DNA of 64,000 nt, taken from contig CAVNZM010000016.1 in assembly GCA_963693365.1 (NCBI GenBank), positions 7,361,029 to 7,425,028 on the forward strand, read 5' to 3'. The stretch is from Amoebidium appalachense. Its lineage: Eukaryota; Protista; Ichthyosporea. This document shows, piece by piece, positions 32,265 through 44,292 of this stretch. The stretch's first letter is position 1, and each line of letters starts with the position of its first letter. The position numbers and the translations under genes were made by a program. Below the pieces are notes generated by a model. It made no database searches. It was not told the origin of the DNA and worked only from the letters and a program-made list of their open reading frames with translations.

Positions 32265-32949
32265 TCTCCCTTTGCTGCTTCACTAACTGACCGTGCACGT
32301 GTCACTAGCCAAATCCCAGCCAATTTACTGTAAAAAGCAGCAGAATTGTGTGCTTTTACGTCGACGGTTGCACATTGTGTTACACAAAAACGAAAGGGCG
32401 AGCAAATTTTAATGGCCCGGGGGGGGCTGTAAATTACAGGTGTGATTTTGCGTTCTTTGTTCGCAAATTAAGCTTCGATGAAAATTGATGTGGGGGGTTG
32501 CAAAAAATGCACCTTCAGCTGCAGAACAGCTGATATCGGATATGCTCAGTTTTGCTACTCGAGGCTCTGTTTCGAACGCTCGCCACTTCGAACGACGCCA
32601 TCCACGTCGCCGTCGTCATCCATGTGAATGGTTGCCTGATGTGTTCCGTGGTTTGAATAAGCTAAAGCATCCCTCAACGTCCCTCAACGGCTGGACTGGC
32701 GTGTTCTTTGCATGGAGTTTTAATGGTGGTGCAACGTGTTCAAGATTCACACAGCCAGACAACCAACGATGACTGGGCATAATCGTAATGGACCTGGCCC
32801 TCTCCTGGGCCCCCTCCTACGTTTGAGTCGTTGACACCATTCACGTACAAGTGTTGGGAATTGCCAATCCATACGCCACTCAGAGCCATCAGCAGTATCA
32901 AGGCCTGGGGGAGGGAGGGGGGGAGGGGGAGTTGAATACAGATATTTCC

Positions 32950-33098
32950 GAGGCCTGCCAGCAGTAACAAAAATAAAATAGCCGCTGCATTTGCAGTCGA
33001 GTACTTGAATACAGATATTTCAGTATGTTGTGTATGCGCACAAGTACTCGACCGCAAATGCAGCGGCTATTTTATTTTTGTTACTGCTGGCAGGCCTC
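32950..33098. repeat. Long inverted repeat (58-bp arms, 1 mismatch, ~33-nt loop)
   Basis: gaggcctgccagcagtaacaaaaataaaatagccgctgcatttgcagtcgagtacttg (32950-33007) is reverse-complementary to 33041-33098. Confidence 0.92.
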
Positions 33099-33311
33099 GT
33101 CGGAGGGGTTGCTTTAAAACCGTCTCCCGATACAATCGGGCCGACCCCTTTCATGCTTTATAAATATAGAAGTTATAAAAGCTTTATAAATATAGAAGTT
33201 ATAAAATACATACGTCATTTGTAGTGGTCGGCCCGAGGCCCGTTCATGCCATATATGGTTAAACAGGAAGATCTAGCAAGTTTTAGTTATAGTAAAACTT
33301 GCTAGAACACA

Positions 33312-34502
33312 CTAGTGCTGGTGGTCGTCGGACAGCCAGTGGAACACGCCATCCCCATCCACATAGTTGCACTTTTCCAGCGTCTCCCAGAAGGCCACCA
33401 GGAAGTTGCTCTTGTCCTCGTTATAGAACTCGGGCCCGAGGATGGCCTTAATATGCTCCGTGGCCTCCTCGGCGTGATAGAAGGGAAGCTTGGGGAAGAT
33501 GTGGTGGCACACGTGTGTGTTGACGATCTTGTGCACCTTGTAGTCGAAGAACACACCCAGCGTGCGGTCGATGGTACACATGGCCCCCTTCAGCCACGAC
33601 CAGTCACCGTCACCCAGGCGGGGCACGTCGGGGTGTGTGTGGTGGAGCAGGGTGATGGCGGCCAGATAGGCATAGCACACCACCAGGGAAGGCACGTAGA
33701 GGGCAGGCAGCACGGGGTATGCCTGGCTGAGCTTGTACAGCACATAGGTCCATGCAACCAGCGCCATGTTTGTGAAGTAGACCTTGAGGGCATCCTTCTG
33801 CTTCAGGAAGGGTGCCGTGGTGCTGAAGTAGCTATGGAGCTCACCCTTGGTCCAGCCCACACCCCCCAGGTCGAACAGCAGGTAGCAGGGGATGCCCACC
33901 GTGAGGATAATGAGCGCCTTGAAGGCCGTGGATATGGTGGACCGCACAGTGCGCTTCTCTCCGTCCCACACCTGGGCAGCCCAAGGGTCGTCGTGCTCGA
34001 TGTGGCTAGTGAACTGGTGGTGCTTGTTGTGCGACGCCTGCCACGAGTAGAAGGGCGTGTACAGGGCCGTGTAAATCACAAACCCCACTGCATCACTCAG
34101 CCAGTCGTGCTCGCTGAAGGCATGGTGGCCACACTCGTGCCCAATAATCCACAGCCCAAACAGCGTGGTACCTGTGTAGAACCAGTAGGCGCCCCACAGC
34201 GCCCAGTGGAGCAGTGGGCTGAAGGTGACATAAGGCTCAAGCGCGAACAAAACATACGTCCACAAGACGAGCTCGAAAACGTCTGCGGCTATGTATGCAA
34301 AGCCCTTCAGGGCAGACCGCTCGAAGCAGTGTTTGGGGATGGAATCGCGGATGGTTTTCAGTGTGAATGGCGGTGTGACACGCTTGCTCAGCCCTCTACG
34401 TTTAGGGTTCTCCTTTGCTACTTTGTTGGGTGCTTTGCGCTGCAGAGGCCCAGGCTGAAGTGCCTGGACCGGCGCGCTACTCACTGACTCTGCGCGACAC
34501 AT
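33312..34502 (-). CDS. Delta-12/omega-6 (FAD2-like) membrane fatty-acid desaturase, intronless, 396 aa
   Basis: Three His boxes HECGH, HNKHH and HVCHH. N-terminal PPFTLKTIRDSIPKHCFERS, W.W.KGA.CTIDR and PFYHAEEAT are FAD2-family signatures. Exact regiospecificity cannot be called. Confidence 0.93.
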   Translation of the reverse strand: MCRAESVSSAPVQALQPGPLQRKAPNKVAKENPKRRGLSKRVTPPFTLKTIRDSIPKHCFERSALKGFAYIAADVFELVLWTYVLFALEPYVTFSPLLHWALWGAYWFYTGTTLFGLWIIGHECGHHAFSEHDWLSDAVGFVIYTALYTPFYSWQASHNKHHQFTSHIEHDDPWAAQVWDGEKRTVRSTISTAFKALIILTVGIPCYLLFDLGGVGWTKGELHSYFSTTAPFLKQKDALKVYFTNMALVAWTYVLYKLSQAYPVLPALYVPSLVVCYAYLAAITLLHHTHPDVPRLGDGDWSWLKGAMCTIDRTLGVFFDYKVHKIVNTHVCHHIFPKLPFYHAEEATEHIKAILGPEFYNEDKSNFLVAFWETLEKCNYVDGDGVFHWLSDDHQH

Positions 34503-35971
34503 ATTGAACAGCGGCTCAGACTGTGCCTACTCCGGGTTCGTTTTGCGCCCTGCAACACACGTGAAGATGTCTATATACCGACCAAGCAATTGTATTCCTC
34601 CAATCGAATATCGATATTAGGCCCACTGACCAATCGTATGCGCCATCCACACACTGGCAAATTCTCAACCAATGGAAATGCATACTCGGACGAAGTGTAC
34701 TAATAATAACTATCTGCTGAGCCGCTCTTTTGAATGTATAACTTGGCCCTTCTTGTCGCAAAGTAATATTTTACTCTGTATTTTTATGATACATGTGGAG
34801 GCATCAAAAAGGAGTTATATGCTTTTGCAGGCTTGAAATAATGACGGGTAGGCATTTACAGACGGATAGCGAATCATTTGTTGTTGCATTTTATCCGAGC
34901 TGGTATGCAGCCGAATAAAATGAATACCTTCCCAACGTCGCTGGGGAAGTTCTAAAGGCGACGCTTCGACGGTAGAACATTCTGTTTCATATAGAAGCCT
35001 ATGGGGAATTAAAAACTATATTATCCTTTTAAACTCCTCTTACACAAAAAATATATTGGTATATGCCGAAAATTGTATTTGGATAGGGTTCGTCAGAAAT
35101 TAGCCATCGAATGAAGTGACGTTCCTCACCAGCGATTGGTTGTCATTTGATTGGCTAAGGCTATTCAAATAAGTCATAACCAATAGAAGGCCGTAATGCC
35201 CGTTTTCTAAATTTCTCTAGCGGGGAGCAGTGAATCTGAAGAATGTGCATATATATCCGACACAAATATCCCACCTTACCGAAAATTCACGGCCATAAAT
35301 GCTACATTTGACCCTACAGCGTCCAAATGTAACAGCTTCAATGTTGGTCCAAAATAGGCTATATAATCCCTAAATAAAACAAAATTATCATTTTTTTCTG
35401 TCAATAATCATTGTGTTTGTTAAAAAATTGAAAACTCCTTCAATCTAACATTAGGTCCTTTTAGACCGTCTGTGGACAGGCATCCGTAATTTCCTCTAAA
35501 AATTTATGGAGTCCGAACCTGCGGACCGGCCGAACATCGCGGCCGCAGAAGCAAAAAAACAAAAACAATGCAAAAAAAAAAGGAAAAAAAAAAAACATCC
35601 ATAAAATTAAGTTTTCTAACTCCCTGATATATTTATTTTTCAGCCTTTATATATAATTAATACTCGATTTTCGGCTCGTCGCAAGAAGCCGAAACATATC
35701 TAAGTGCTGAATTCAGAATGGCCAATGAAATAGAGGACACACATAAATGTAGATAATTCCTGCCCTACAATTGGGCCGGCCTCAAGGATATAAACAACGC
35801 ACACTGTTCACTTCACGCTTTGTGTGACTTTGTACGTGTGTAGTAAAGAAGTCTTAGTAGTCGTTTTGCGCACTCATTGTGCTACGGCAACTGTAGCATT
35901 TCTGCATCTCAGTTTTTCATCACCAAACGAAACGAAATAGCAATCCTTCTCTGACACGAGACACCACGAAA
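34503..35971. promoter_or_regulatory. AT-rich divergent promoter region with CCAAT boxes and TATA-like motifs
   Basis: CCAAT at ~34600, 34631 and 34669; TATA-like motifs at ~34572 (minus, FAD2) and ggatataaac at ~35787 (plus, membrane-protein gene). No ORFs in most of the interval. Confidence 0.5.
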
Positions 35972-36817
35972 ATGTGTTGGTCCTTTGAGGTTAGTGTTGC
36001 CGCAGGCACAATGGTGTACATTATGGTCCCCTTGCTGTGGCGCCGCAACAAGACCCCCCGTGACAGGTGGAACGCCATCTTCCTGTCTGTGTTTGGCACC
36101 ATGCAGTGGGTGGACGCCAGTCTGTGGCTGCTCTCCAAGCACGAGGACTTGTACACGTGCTCAGACACTAATAAGTGGCTGAGCCGCTGGGGCCTGACGT
36201 TTATTGCCCTCGAGCCCATGGGCGCCCTGCTGGGCCGTGCATACGCAGAGAGGAGGTTGCCCTCGTGGAAGGAGTTTGTCATCTACGTGTTCACGTTCAT
36301 GCTGCTGCCCGGTATTCCCAACAAGGTGTTCGGCCTGATGGGGGAGATGTGCAACGCACCGGCCTGCACCATCCTCACCGAAAGCAACCATCTTATCATC
36401 TGTGCCGGCCACGGCACCAACGGCAACCACAAGTGCTGGATGGAACATCACTTCTTTGGTGATGCGCAGCAGGAGATTCCCCTGTCCCTTCGTGTGTTCT
36501 TCCTCCTGGGCATGGTTTACCCCTACCTGACCGCCCCCAAGCACCTGCTGCCCGGTATCGTGCACAGCGCCGTCCTCACCACCACCTGGACCGTGGGCCT
36601 CCTGTCTGACAGCCATGCAAGCATCTGGTGCCTGGCTAACGTGGCCCATTCCCTCGTCATGTTGGCCGATCCTTATCTGTTCCCCGTGGAGCCGAGCAAG
36701 GTTGGCCGGCCCCGGGCAGTCAGTCAGTCGCTGTATGCAAACGGTATGTCGCTGGTCAGCAGCATGGGCAACGTTATCCTCTCATACAGAAAGGAGCACG
36801 CCCTGAAGATAGAATAG
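35972..36817 (+). CDS. Multi-pass membrane protein, DUF5765/DUF6629-like (MCWS...MQW.D...W...S.WC), intronless, 281 aa
   Basis: Host-like GC3-rich codon use and about 6-7 hydrophobic segments. The N-terminal MCWSFEVS, MQWVDASLW and C-terminal HASIWC motifs recall a family I associate with bacteria and giant viruses (assigned from memory, not searched). Confidence 0.8.
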   Translation: MCWSFEVSVAAGTMVYIMVPLLWRRNKTPRDRWNAIFLSVFGTMQWVDASLWLLSKHEDLYTCSDTNKWLSRWGLTFIALEPMGALLGRAYAERRLPSWKEFVIYVFTFMLLPGIPNKVFGLMGEMCNAPACTILTESNHLIICAGHGTNGNHKCWMEHHFFGDAQQEIPLSLRVFFLLGMVYPYLTAPKHLLPGIVHSAVLTTTWTVGLLSDSHASIWCLANVAHSLVMLADPYLFPVEPSKVGRPRAVSQSLYANGMSLVSSMGNVILSYRKEHALKIE

Positions 36818-38027
36818 GGGAAGGGGGGGGCCAGGAAGAAGCCACGATTGTATCGTCGGCAGTGGTCCGTGTGCATAAATGGGGTGTCCATATTAGCATG
36901 AAAGTTATCCGACCGCCAGTGAATTTAGTTACTGTGAATACTGCGAATAAACTTGAGCAGCTTTTTACGAATCTATGTGACTGTGCAACGTCACCCCCTG
37001 TCCGTGGGACCCCTATAGAAACCAACCTTTCCCTCTTTCCCCCCCTCCTCCTCCACACACACTCAAACATAAGCCCAGCACGTACCCTTTCAAGCCTGAC
37101 TTCACATAAACACACCTGCACCGTCGGCTAATCCTATGCACATCAAGACCACACACACACACCGGGTTATATAGAACCCCCCCTCTTCTCCCCCCAAACG
37201 GCCACCACAAACCACACGCCCCCACCTGCCTGTGTGGCTGTGCCCTTGCACTCTCTGACCAATATGCTGGATTGCCACTGGGCACCAGGTCACCCCACAA
37301 TTCCCCCTACAAACCTTTTAGATCTCAAACGGACACCTCACCTACAAAAGACGAGCACCCATGTGGTATCATAGTATTGGGGGAATGCAGGTCAGGGGGG
37401 GGGGGTCAGCATGCCTGAAGGTGTGTGTGTGTGCCACAACATGTGTCTTCACGGTGTACATTTTGTGGTGCTGGTGGTGGTTGGAAGAGCAGAGAGACCG
37501 GGGGGAGGGCGGGGATGAAGTATCCGTGTGTGCAAGCCACTCTCCAATCTCCCCCCCCCCCAAAAAAAAATACAGATACAGCCGAGGCAAAACCTCAGGC
37601 GCCCTGAGATATGGTGCGAGTTCGCTGGGGATATTGGTGCTACCAAAATGTAAGGGTGCTACTAAAAATAGAAAGATAAGAATGGAGTTTATCGAGACGG
37701 CTGTGGAGTGCGTGCATACGTAGTAAGAACCTTCATGTTGAACCGATAGTAATTATTCCTGGATGGGCCAATCAGACTCTAGCGTTTATTTGTAGTAGAC
37801 CAATCACAAGTCCCTGTTCCCATCTGGAATTGTCTGGTCCATGGCTGAGAATGTGAATCCCTCCCTGTGGGAGGAGTTCATACGTGAGACACACAGCTGA
37901 CAGGTCTCAGCCTGTACAGTCTGCGCAATAGAGTGCTACCTTTTGCACCACTGTGGCTCAGCCCGCTACTTATATAACTACTTGTCACCTTGTGGTGGTC
38001 ATGATGGTTGGTGGGGGGCATGGGGCG

Positions 38028-38094
<67 letters not shown>

Positions 38095-38398
38095 GAGGGG
38101 AAGTGTGTGTGTGGGGGGGGGGGGTGTTGGAGTGCAGACTTACGCTCACTCCACTATATGTGTATGTTAGCTTTACAATTGGTTCCGTGTACATAGACAC
38201 ATGCTGACACTCGATCACCACATGCACATCTGCATAGTTGAGGAATGTTGCCAATTGTGTTTTGACTGCAAACGATTGGTTCACTGGTCCCAGAGATATC
38301 TAAATGAAAGTAACCAATCCGATTAGCGCCTGGCATCCGGATTACATTCCAGACTGCTGCCCCACGGGTATATAAGCCACGTCTCTGCCAGGTGCAGA

Positions 38399-38524
38399 CA
38401 TGGAGTTCAGTCATGGAGTTCAGTCATGGAGTAAAGACATGGAGTTCAGTCATGGAGTTCAGTCATGGAGTTCAGTCATGGAGTTCAGTCATGGAGTAAA
38501 GACATGGAGTTCAGTCATGGAGTT
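38399..38524. repeat. 13-bp tandem repeat catggagttcagt with catggagtaaaga variants (~10 units)
   Basis: Read directly; begins ~25 nt downstream of gtatataag (38368). Confidence 0.85.
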
Positions 38525-39254
38525 AACACACTGAAAGCAGTAAAAAAACGGGTCAGCGCCCAAGCGCGCCACGACGAGGGCCTAGTCACAGCGGACTCTA
38601 CTTCCAACAGGGGGGGGGGGGGGAGGGGAGGGAGGGAGGGGGGGGATGAGCCTTGGGGTCTGGGGAGGAGGAGGTATGCGTACGGATTTGGGGGGGTCGG
38701 GAGCTGTAGGTGCACCATTGCTAGTGCTGGGCACGCCAACATCATCAGTTCTTGCTCAGCGGCATTGACAATAATTAGACCCGCTGATGATCAGAGTGGC
38801 CATTCGAAGTTTTCTTCCATCCGATGTTCCTCGAGCTCCCCCTCCCCCCCCACCTCCCCACCCCCCCACCCGGTTTCCTCACGCATCGGGTCACCGCAAC
38901 CGCGCTCACACACGAACGTAGTACAACTCACAACACCACATGAAACCCTTTCCCCCTTATCACTGTCTGTACAGACCTGAAGAGTGTCGTTGGTGCTTTC
39001 GAAATTCTCACCCCCCCTTCCTCCCCCCTCCCCCCCCCCCCCCCCTTCTCCCCCTCCCTCTTTGTGCCTTCCCCCCAACCCGCCCCCTCCCCCCCCCCCC
39101 CCCCTCCCCGCCCATTTCGGAATGGAAAAAAAAAACCTTCTGAAAGACAGAGGGGGGGAACCGTAAGCAACGGCTTTGTGGAATTGGAGTAAGCCTTGGC
39201 ATTGTCAACGATGTGTTGAGAGGATATATCGATCGAGATGTACTCAAGTGGATT

Positions 39255-39412
39255 TGTGAGATAACCTGGTATATTCAACCATTTAGTGAGAGAACCTGGT
39301 ATATTCAACCATTTCGTGAGATAACTGGTATGTCAAGCCGTCTAGTGAGTTAACCTGGTATATCCCACCATCTAGTCAGATAACCTGGTATATCCAACCG
39401 TCTAGTGAGAAA
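39255..39412. repeat. Diverged 30-bp tandem repeat (gtgagataacctggtatattcaaccatttag-like, ~5 copies)
   Basis: aacctggtata recurs at ~30-bp spacing. Confidence 0.8.
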
Positions 39413-40396
39413 ACAAGGTGGTCAAAGAGTGGCCCAGCGAGATATAATGAGGTATTAATAATGCTCTTGTGGAATAGTCACACACATGCAACGAGTGGGG
39501 AGATAATCTGATGATACATCGATCCTATATAGAGTGGGTTAATCCGTCTGGTCTCATCCGATGTTTTACAACTGTTTATCATTGCCAACTTATTGGTGAC
39601 AAAACTGGGTCTATGCATTTGTCTCTGGTGGCAAGATTTCAACGCACTATGTCATGTGCTGCAGACAGACGACCGTGCATGCCATGTGACTTAGCAATAG
39701 TGCCTGTGTGCCTGTGAGTGTGGATAGGGTGCTCGGGGGGGTAGCATAGCCGGTATATGGTGGTCGCATACATGTGTACGAATGAGTGCTGCAGTTTGTT
39801 TGGATGCAGCCACACTGCCAGAGCATCTCGGGATATGTGTGTTGTGCAGGGGAAGGTGGGTGGGTCGAATGCCGTGGTGGTGCACGTGGCATCATGGAGG
39901 GAGGGATCGGGGGGGATCAAGGGGGGGGGCGGGGGGGGGGGGGGGGGAGGGGGAGGGGGAAAGAGGTGGGTGGGTGGGGGGGGGGAGGGGGAGGGGAGAG
40001 GTGTAAGGTTGATGTTGCCATGCCGGTATTTGACAAGAAAGAGATTGTGTGTGTGTGTGTGCGCGGGAAGGAGGGGGGGGGGGGGGGGGGGGGAAATACC
40101 ATGCCCATGTGTGCCTACATGTGTGGGTTGTGGGGCACGACTGACGCATGGAGTTAGGCACACATTCAATGATTCCATTTAACAGTAGGACGGTTCTATG
40201 TCCAATATTAGGTGTTTTCGGATTTGGTTTTTTCCTCTGCCTTTATATCTTTGTTTTCAGTTTCGTTTCTTTCTTTTCTTTCTTCTGTCTTTATTTATTT
40301 ATTTATTCTGTGTGTGTGTGGGGGGGGGGGGGGAGGGTAGGAGGAGCACGGGAGGAGGTGAGGGGGGAGGGGAGGCCTGGGGGGGGGGGGGGGGGG

Positions 40397-40433
<37 letters not shown>

Positions 40434-41113
40434 AAACCACGCGTCTAGCGGGTACTATGTACTTCAAGTAGGGATAGAAGGGGGGAGGGGGAAGGGTTGG
40501 GGGGATCGTCACGGTAAGCTGTAGAACACCTTAAACCCTGAACCATTGGGCCAAAAAATCCCCCCAATGTCATTGTGTGATGGTGGTGGTAGGTGGAGGA
40601 GGAGGGATTAGGGAGGAGCGGTGCTCGAGGATCATTCGGTTCGAGAGGTTGGCTGGGTGGGGTGCGGTTGGGGGGAGGGCTGCGCGGGGGGATGGTGTGG
40701 GGGGGGTAGGTGGGAGACGCGGCGGGGGGGGGAGAGAGAGGGAGAGGGGGGTGAGGGAGGGAGGGGGGGGGGAGGGAATTGGTAAGCCGCCTGAAAAGAG
40801 AAGGTGTTGTCTCTTTTTGTCTCTGGGTGAAACCCCTAGGGGTAACTCATAGGAACTACGGCCTTCCACCATGCACCGTCGTACCCTAGCTAGGGTGCTA
40901 ATGCAATCAGCTAAGTTAACACACGACTAGCGATCCAATGTAAGAAAGGTGGCTCGACTTCTAACTTCCTCCCCTCCCCCCACCCCTCCCCCCCCCCCCC
41001 CCCCCCTCCCCCAACCCACCGCAACCCACACACCCACCCACCCTCATCACCACCACAAACTTTGCCAGCACCACCACCACGAACGCGCGCCGTGAGTGCT
41101 CGCACACACACAT

Positions 41114-41223
<110 letters not shown>

Positions 41224-41496
41224 CCACCACCACCACCCACCCAGAATCTCAAACCTCCGTCCCTCCCCACCCGCACTACATGGCCAATCAAATTCACCCA
41301 TGCCCGTCCATGTACAACTTGATCGATGGTTGCAGGGCATGCATTTTAACCGACCATCACCTATTGAACATCTGGTAGGCAGCAACAAAACTAGGCGGTA
41401 TACTAAATGCGCTACTACCAATGCATGGTAGGGGTGTCATTAGTTTGCATCCATATGCTGTATGGTATAGATATTTGCTGTGGCTGTAACCAACCT

Positions 41497-41637
41497 AATA
41501 TCAGCACCTTGGCATGGCTGTGTCCAATAAAATATCAGCACCTTGGCATGGCTGTGTCCAATCAAATATCAGCACCTTGGCATGGCTGTGTCCAATGAAA
41601 TAGCAGCACCTTGGCATGGCTGTGTCGAATCAAATAA
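41497..41637. repeat. 34-bp tandem repeat tcagcaccttggcatggctgtgtccaataaaata (~4 copies)
   Basis: Read directly. Confidence 0.85.
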
Positions 41638-41867
41638 CAGCGTGCGAGCAGCGCAAGCATGTCCACCCAATCTGTCACCAACCACGGGACGGGCACGAGC
41701 TGAGGGCTATGAGGCCACGTGCATGGTTCTGTACCAGGCTGGCGAAAAGGAGGCGAGACCGAAGCCGTGCATTTTTTTTTTTGGGTGGGGAGGGGGGGGG
41801 GGGGGGGGGGGGGGGAGAGGGGGGGGGAAGAGAAAGAGAGAAAGGAGAGAGGGGGAGGGGGAGAGAG

Positions 41868-41917
<50 letters not shown>

Positions 41918-42684
41918 GAGGAATTCCCCACAAGCGTTGCTCATACGTTTGATTGATCCTCTGGGTGGGCGCAAGTAACGCGTTGCTTTAACAGTGAAGG
42001 GTATTGATTACTTCATTACTTTGGCTGTTACTTTGAAGTACTGTGCGCTACTTGCACCCTCGATTACACTTGTTGGTTGCAACAGTGCTAACGCCTTCAC
42101 TTACACGTTAATTTCATGTGTGGCTTTATGCACGCCATCGCTAACACAGTCACTTTCACGTGTGCTTTCATCTGTTCTACAAGGGTGCAAGTAACACATG
42201 TAATCGAATGAAGAAGTAACGGTTACTTACATGGCATTGTATACCTGTGGAAGGGGGGGGGGGGGGGGGGGGGGACCCAGGAGTAAAGCGGTTGAACGAT
42301 GTCAGACTGAAAAGGTCAAGGTTCGAAACAAAATGCAGTTTGTGTGTGTGTGTGTGTGTGTGGTTTGTGTACATCTACACACACATATATAGCATGACTT
42401 TGAAGTTTGTAGATTCGTGTTCAGCTCTCTCAGCTGTCTCAATAGCCTTTGTTTGTGTTCGATCATTTCTCCTGTTTCTCACCCCCGATTCTCTCTCCCT
42501 CTCTCCCTGTGCACACTCGAGACATCTTGCTGATCTTTCTCTGTGACGTCCGTGTTGCACAGGTGATGATAGAGCAGAAACACTTTTACCCTTCTCCATT
42601 TTTATTGTCCCAAGTAATTGGGTACCTAGGTTATCGTTTCTCTCTTTGGCCGAAGTAGGCACTCAAGTCCGGATCGTTCGTAAT

Positions 42685-42762
<78 letters not shown>

Positions 42763-42862
42763 GCGTGTGCGTGTGCGTCCTTGCGTGCGTGCGCGCGCGC
42801 GCGCGCGTGTGTGTATCACGGTGTGTTGTGTTTGTGTGTTTTGTGTGTGTGCGTGTTGCCAT

Positions 42863-42897
<35 letters not shown>

Positions 42898-43295
42898 ATG
42901 GTCGGGGATTCGTGCAAACCATGGGGATTTGAAAGGGAGGACAAAGGAATGAAAAGAACGAGGTTGTTGTAAGTAAGATCCGATCGTGGCTAGTAATTAT
43001 GAGTAACAGCATTGTTACAGACGGGAAAGAAAAGGATATCAAAAAAAAAAAAAGGTAAGAAAAAAAAATCTGGAACATAATCTCACTGTCCACCATAACC
43101 CAACCACCTTCCGTTCCGAACCCCGTACACATGTCCGTTTTGTTGGTCTCGTATGTGTGCATGATACACGGTCCATGCACTTATTTGTCACAATTTGGTG
43201 AAAGTGGACGTGGCAGTTGCATAGTGGAGTCCATGTAAGTATGCCTGTGTGTGTGAGTACTTTGCATTTGCATGCAAGTCTGTGCCTGTGTGTGC

Positions 43296-43330
<35 letters not shown>

Positions 43331-44064
43331 ACGGTGCGTGTGTGCACGTGCGTGCGTGACTGTGTGAGTGTGTGTGTAAATGTGTGTGCATGTGTGCGTG
43401 TGTATGATCACACACGGTGTGTGTCTCGATCTGTGCACATGTGTGTGTGTGTGTATAAAAGACAGTGGGTTGTCTCAATCTATGTGTGTGCGTGTGGGCG
43501 TGGGTGTTCACACGTGAATGTGTGTGAAATGTGAGAATTCATCACGTGATTGATGTATTAATCATTACTGCTGAACACCGTTTGCCTCAATAACCTGTCC
43601 CAGTACAACCATCTTTGTTGTGTGTGCAGTATCTCAGGGCGTGCATGCATGTGCATGTGTTGATGGTGTGGGTTCGATCACATGTGAGCTTTGTTCAGCA
43701 GACCGATTGGTTTTCAGAACTGTTTTATTGGTGCACCTTAAAAGATGAGAAGCTGAAACACCAACATGGTGCCAGCAGAGTGCACAGGCGGCATCCTGTG
43801 TATCACGTGTGTAAATTTTATAAGGGGGCATTCTCGGCCCCTGTTCGCGTATGGCACGCCCAGCGTGCATTTTAAAATGAGCATAACAGTCAGAACACAG
43901 CGCCGGCACTGCGGATTAATATTGGCAGAAAACATTGTGGTGTTGACCAGAAGAAACTCAGTCTGGTAACGGACATTCGACGAAAAAGTAAGCATATGAG
44001 CCCTGTAGATGTTGCGCCAAGGCTGGGCGGGGCGTAGGTTTGTACATAAGCTTGTTGCAGTGGT

Positions 44065-44292
44065 TTAGTGGAGGGGCACACGGGGGGATGACGAGTAGAT
44101 GTCAAACGAGCCTGCAGCAACAATGCGGCCGCATGAAATCGATGGCCGGCGAATTTCCTGGGCTGCGGCCGCGGGGATGGCCATGGTCTTGCTGGCGGGG
44201 GCAATGCTCTTGCGCTCAGCAGAGGTGAGGGGGGCGGTCATGACACCGGCATGGTCGCAGCACATATCGTCGACAAACTCGAAGCGAACCAT
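44065..44292 (-). CDS. Putative small orphan protein (75 aa; 88 aa if the ATG at 44331 is used)
   Basis: Minus-strand TATA (gtatataaac, 44383-44374), upstream CCAAT, Kozak-like ttcaaaATGG, and GC3-rich codons like those of the real genes. No recognisable domain. Confidence 0.5.
   Translation of the reverse strand: MVRFEFVDDMCCDHAGVMTAPLTSAERKSIAPASKTMAIPAAAAQEIRRPSISCGRIVAAGSFDIYSSSPRVPLH

Noticed and set aside
33315-34487. 390-aa plus-strand ORF
   Set aside because: Antisense shadow of the GC3-rich desaturase.
42375-42690. Possible minus-strand terminal exon after (CA)n-cag
   Set aside because: No frame gives a recognisable peptide and no partner coding exon was identified.
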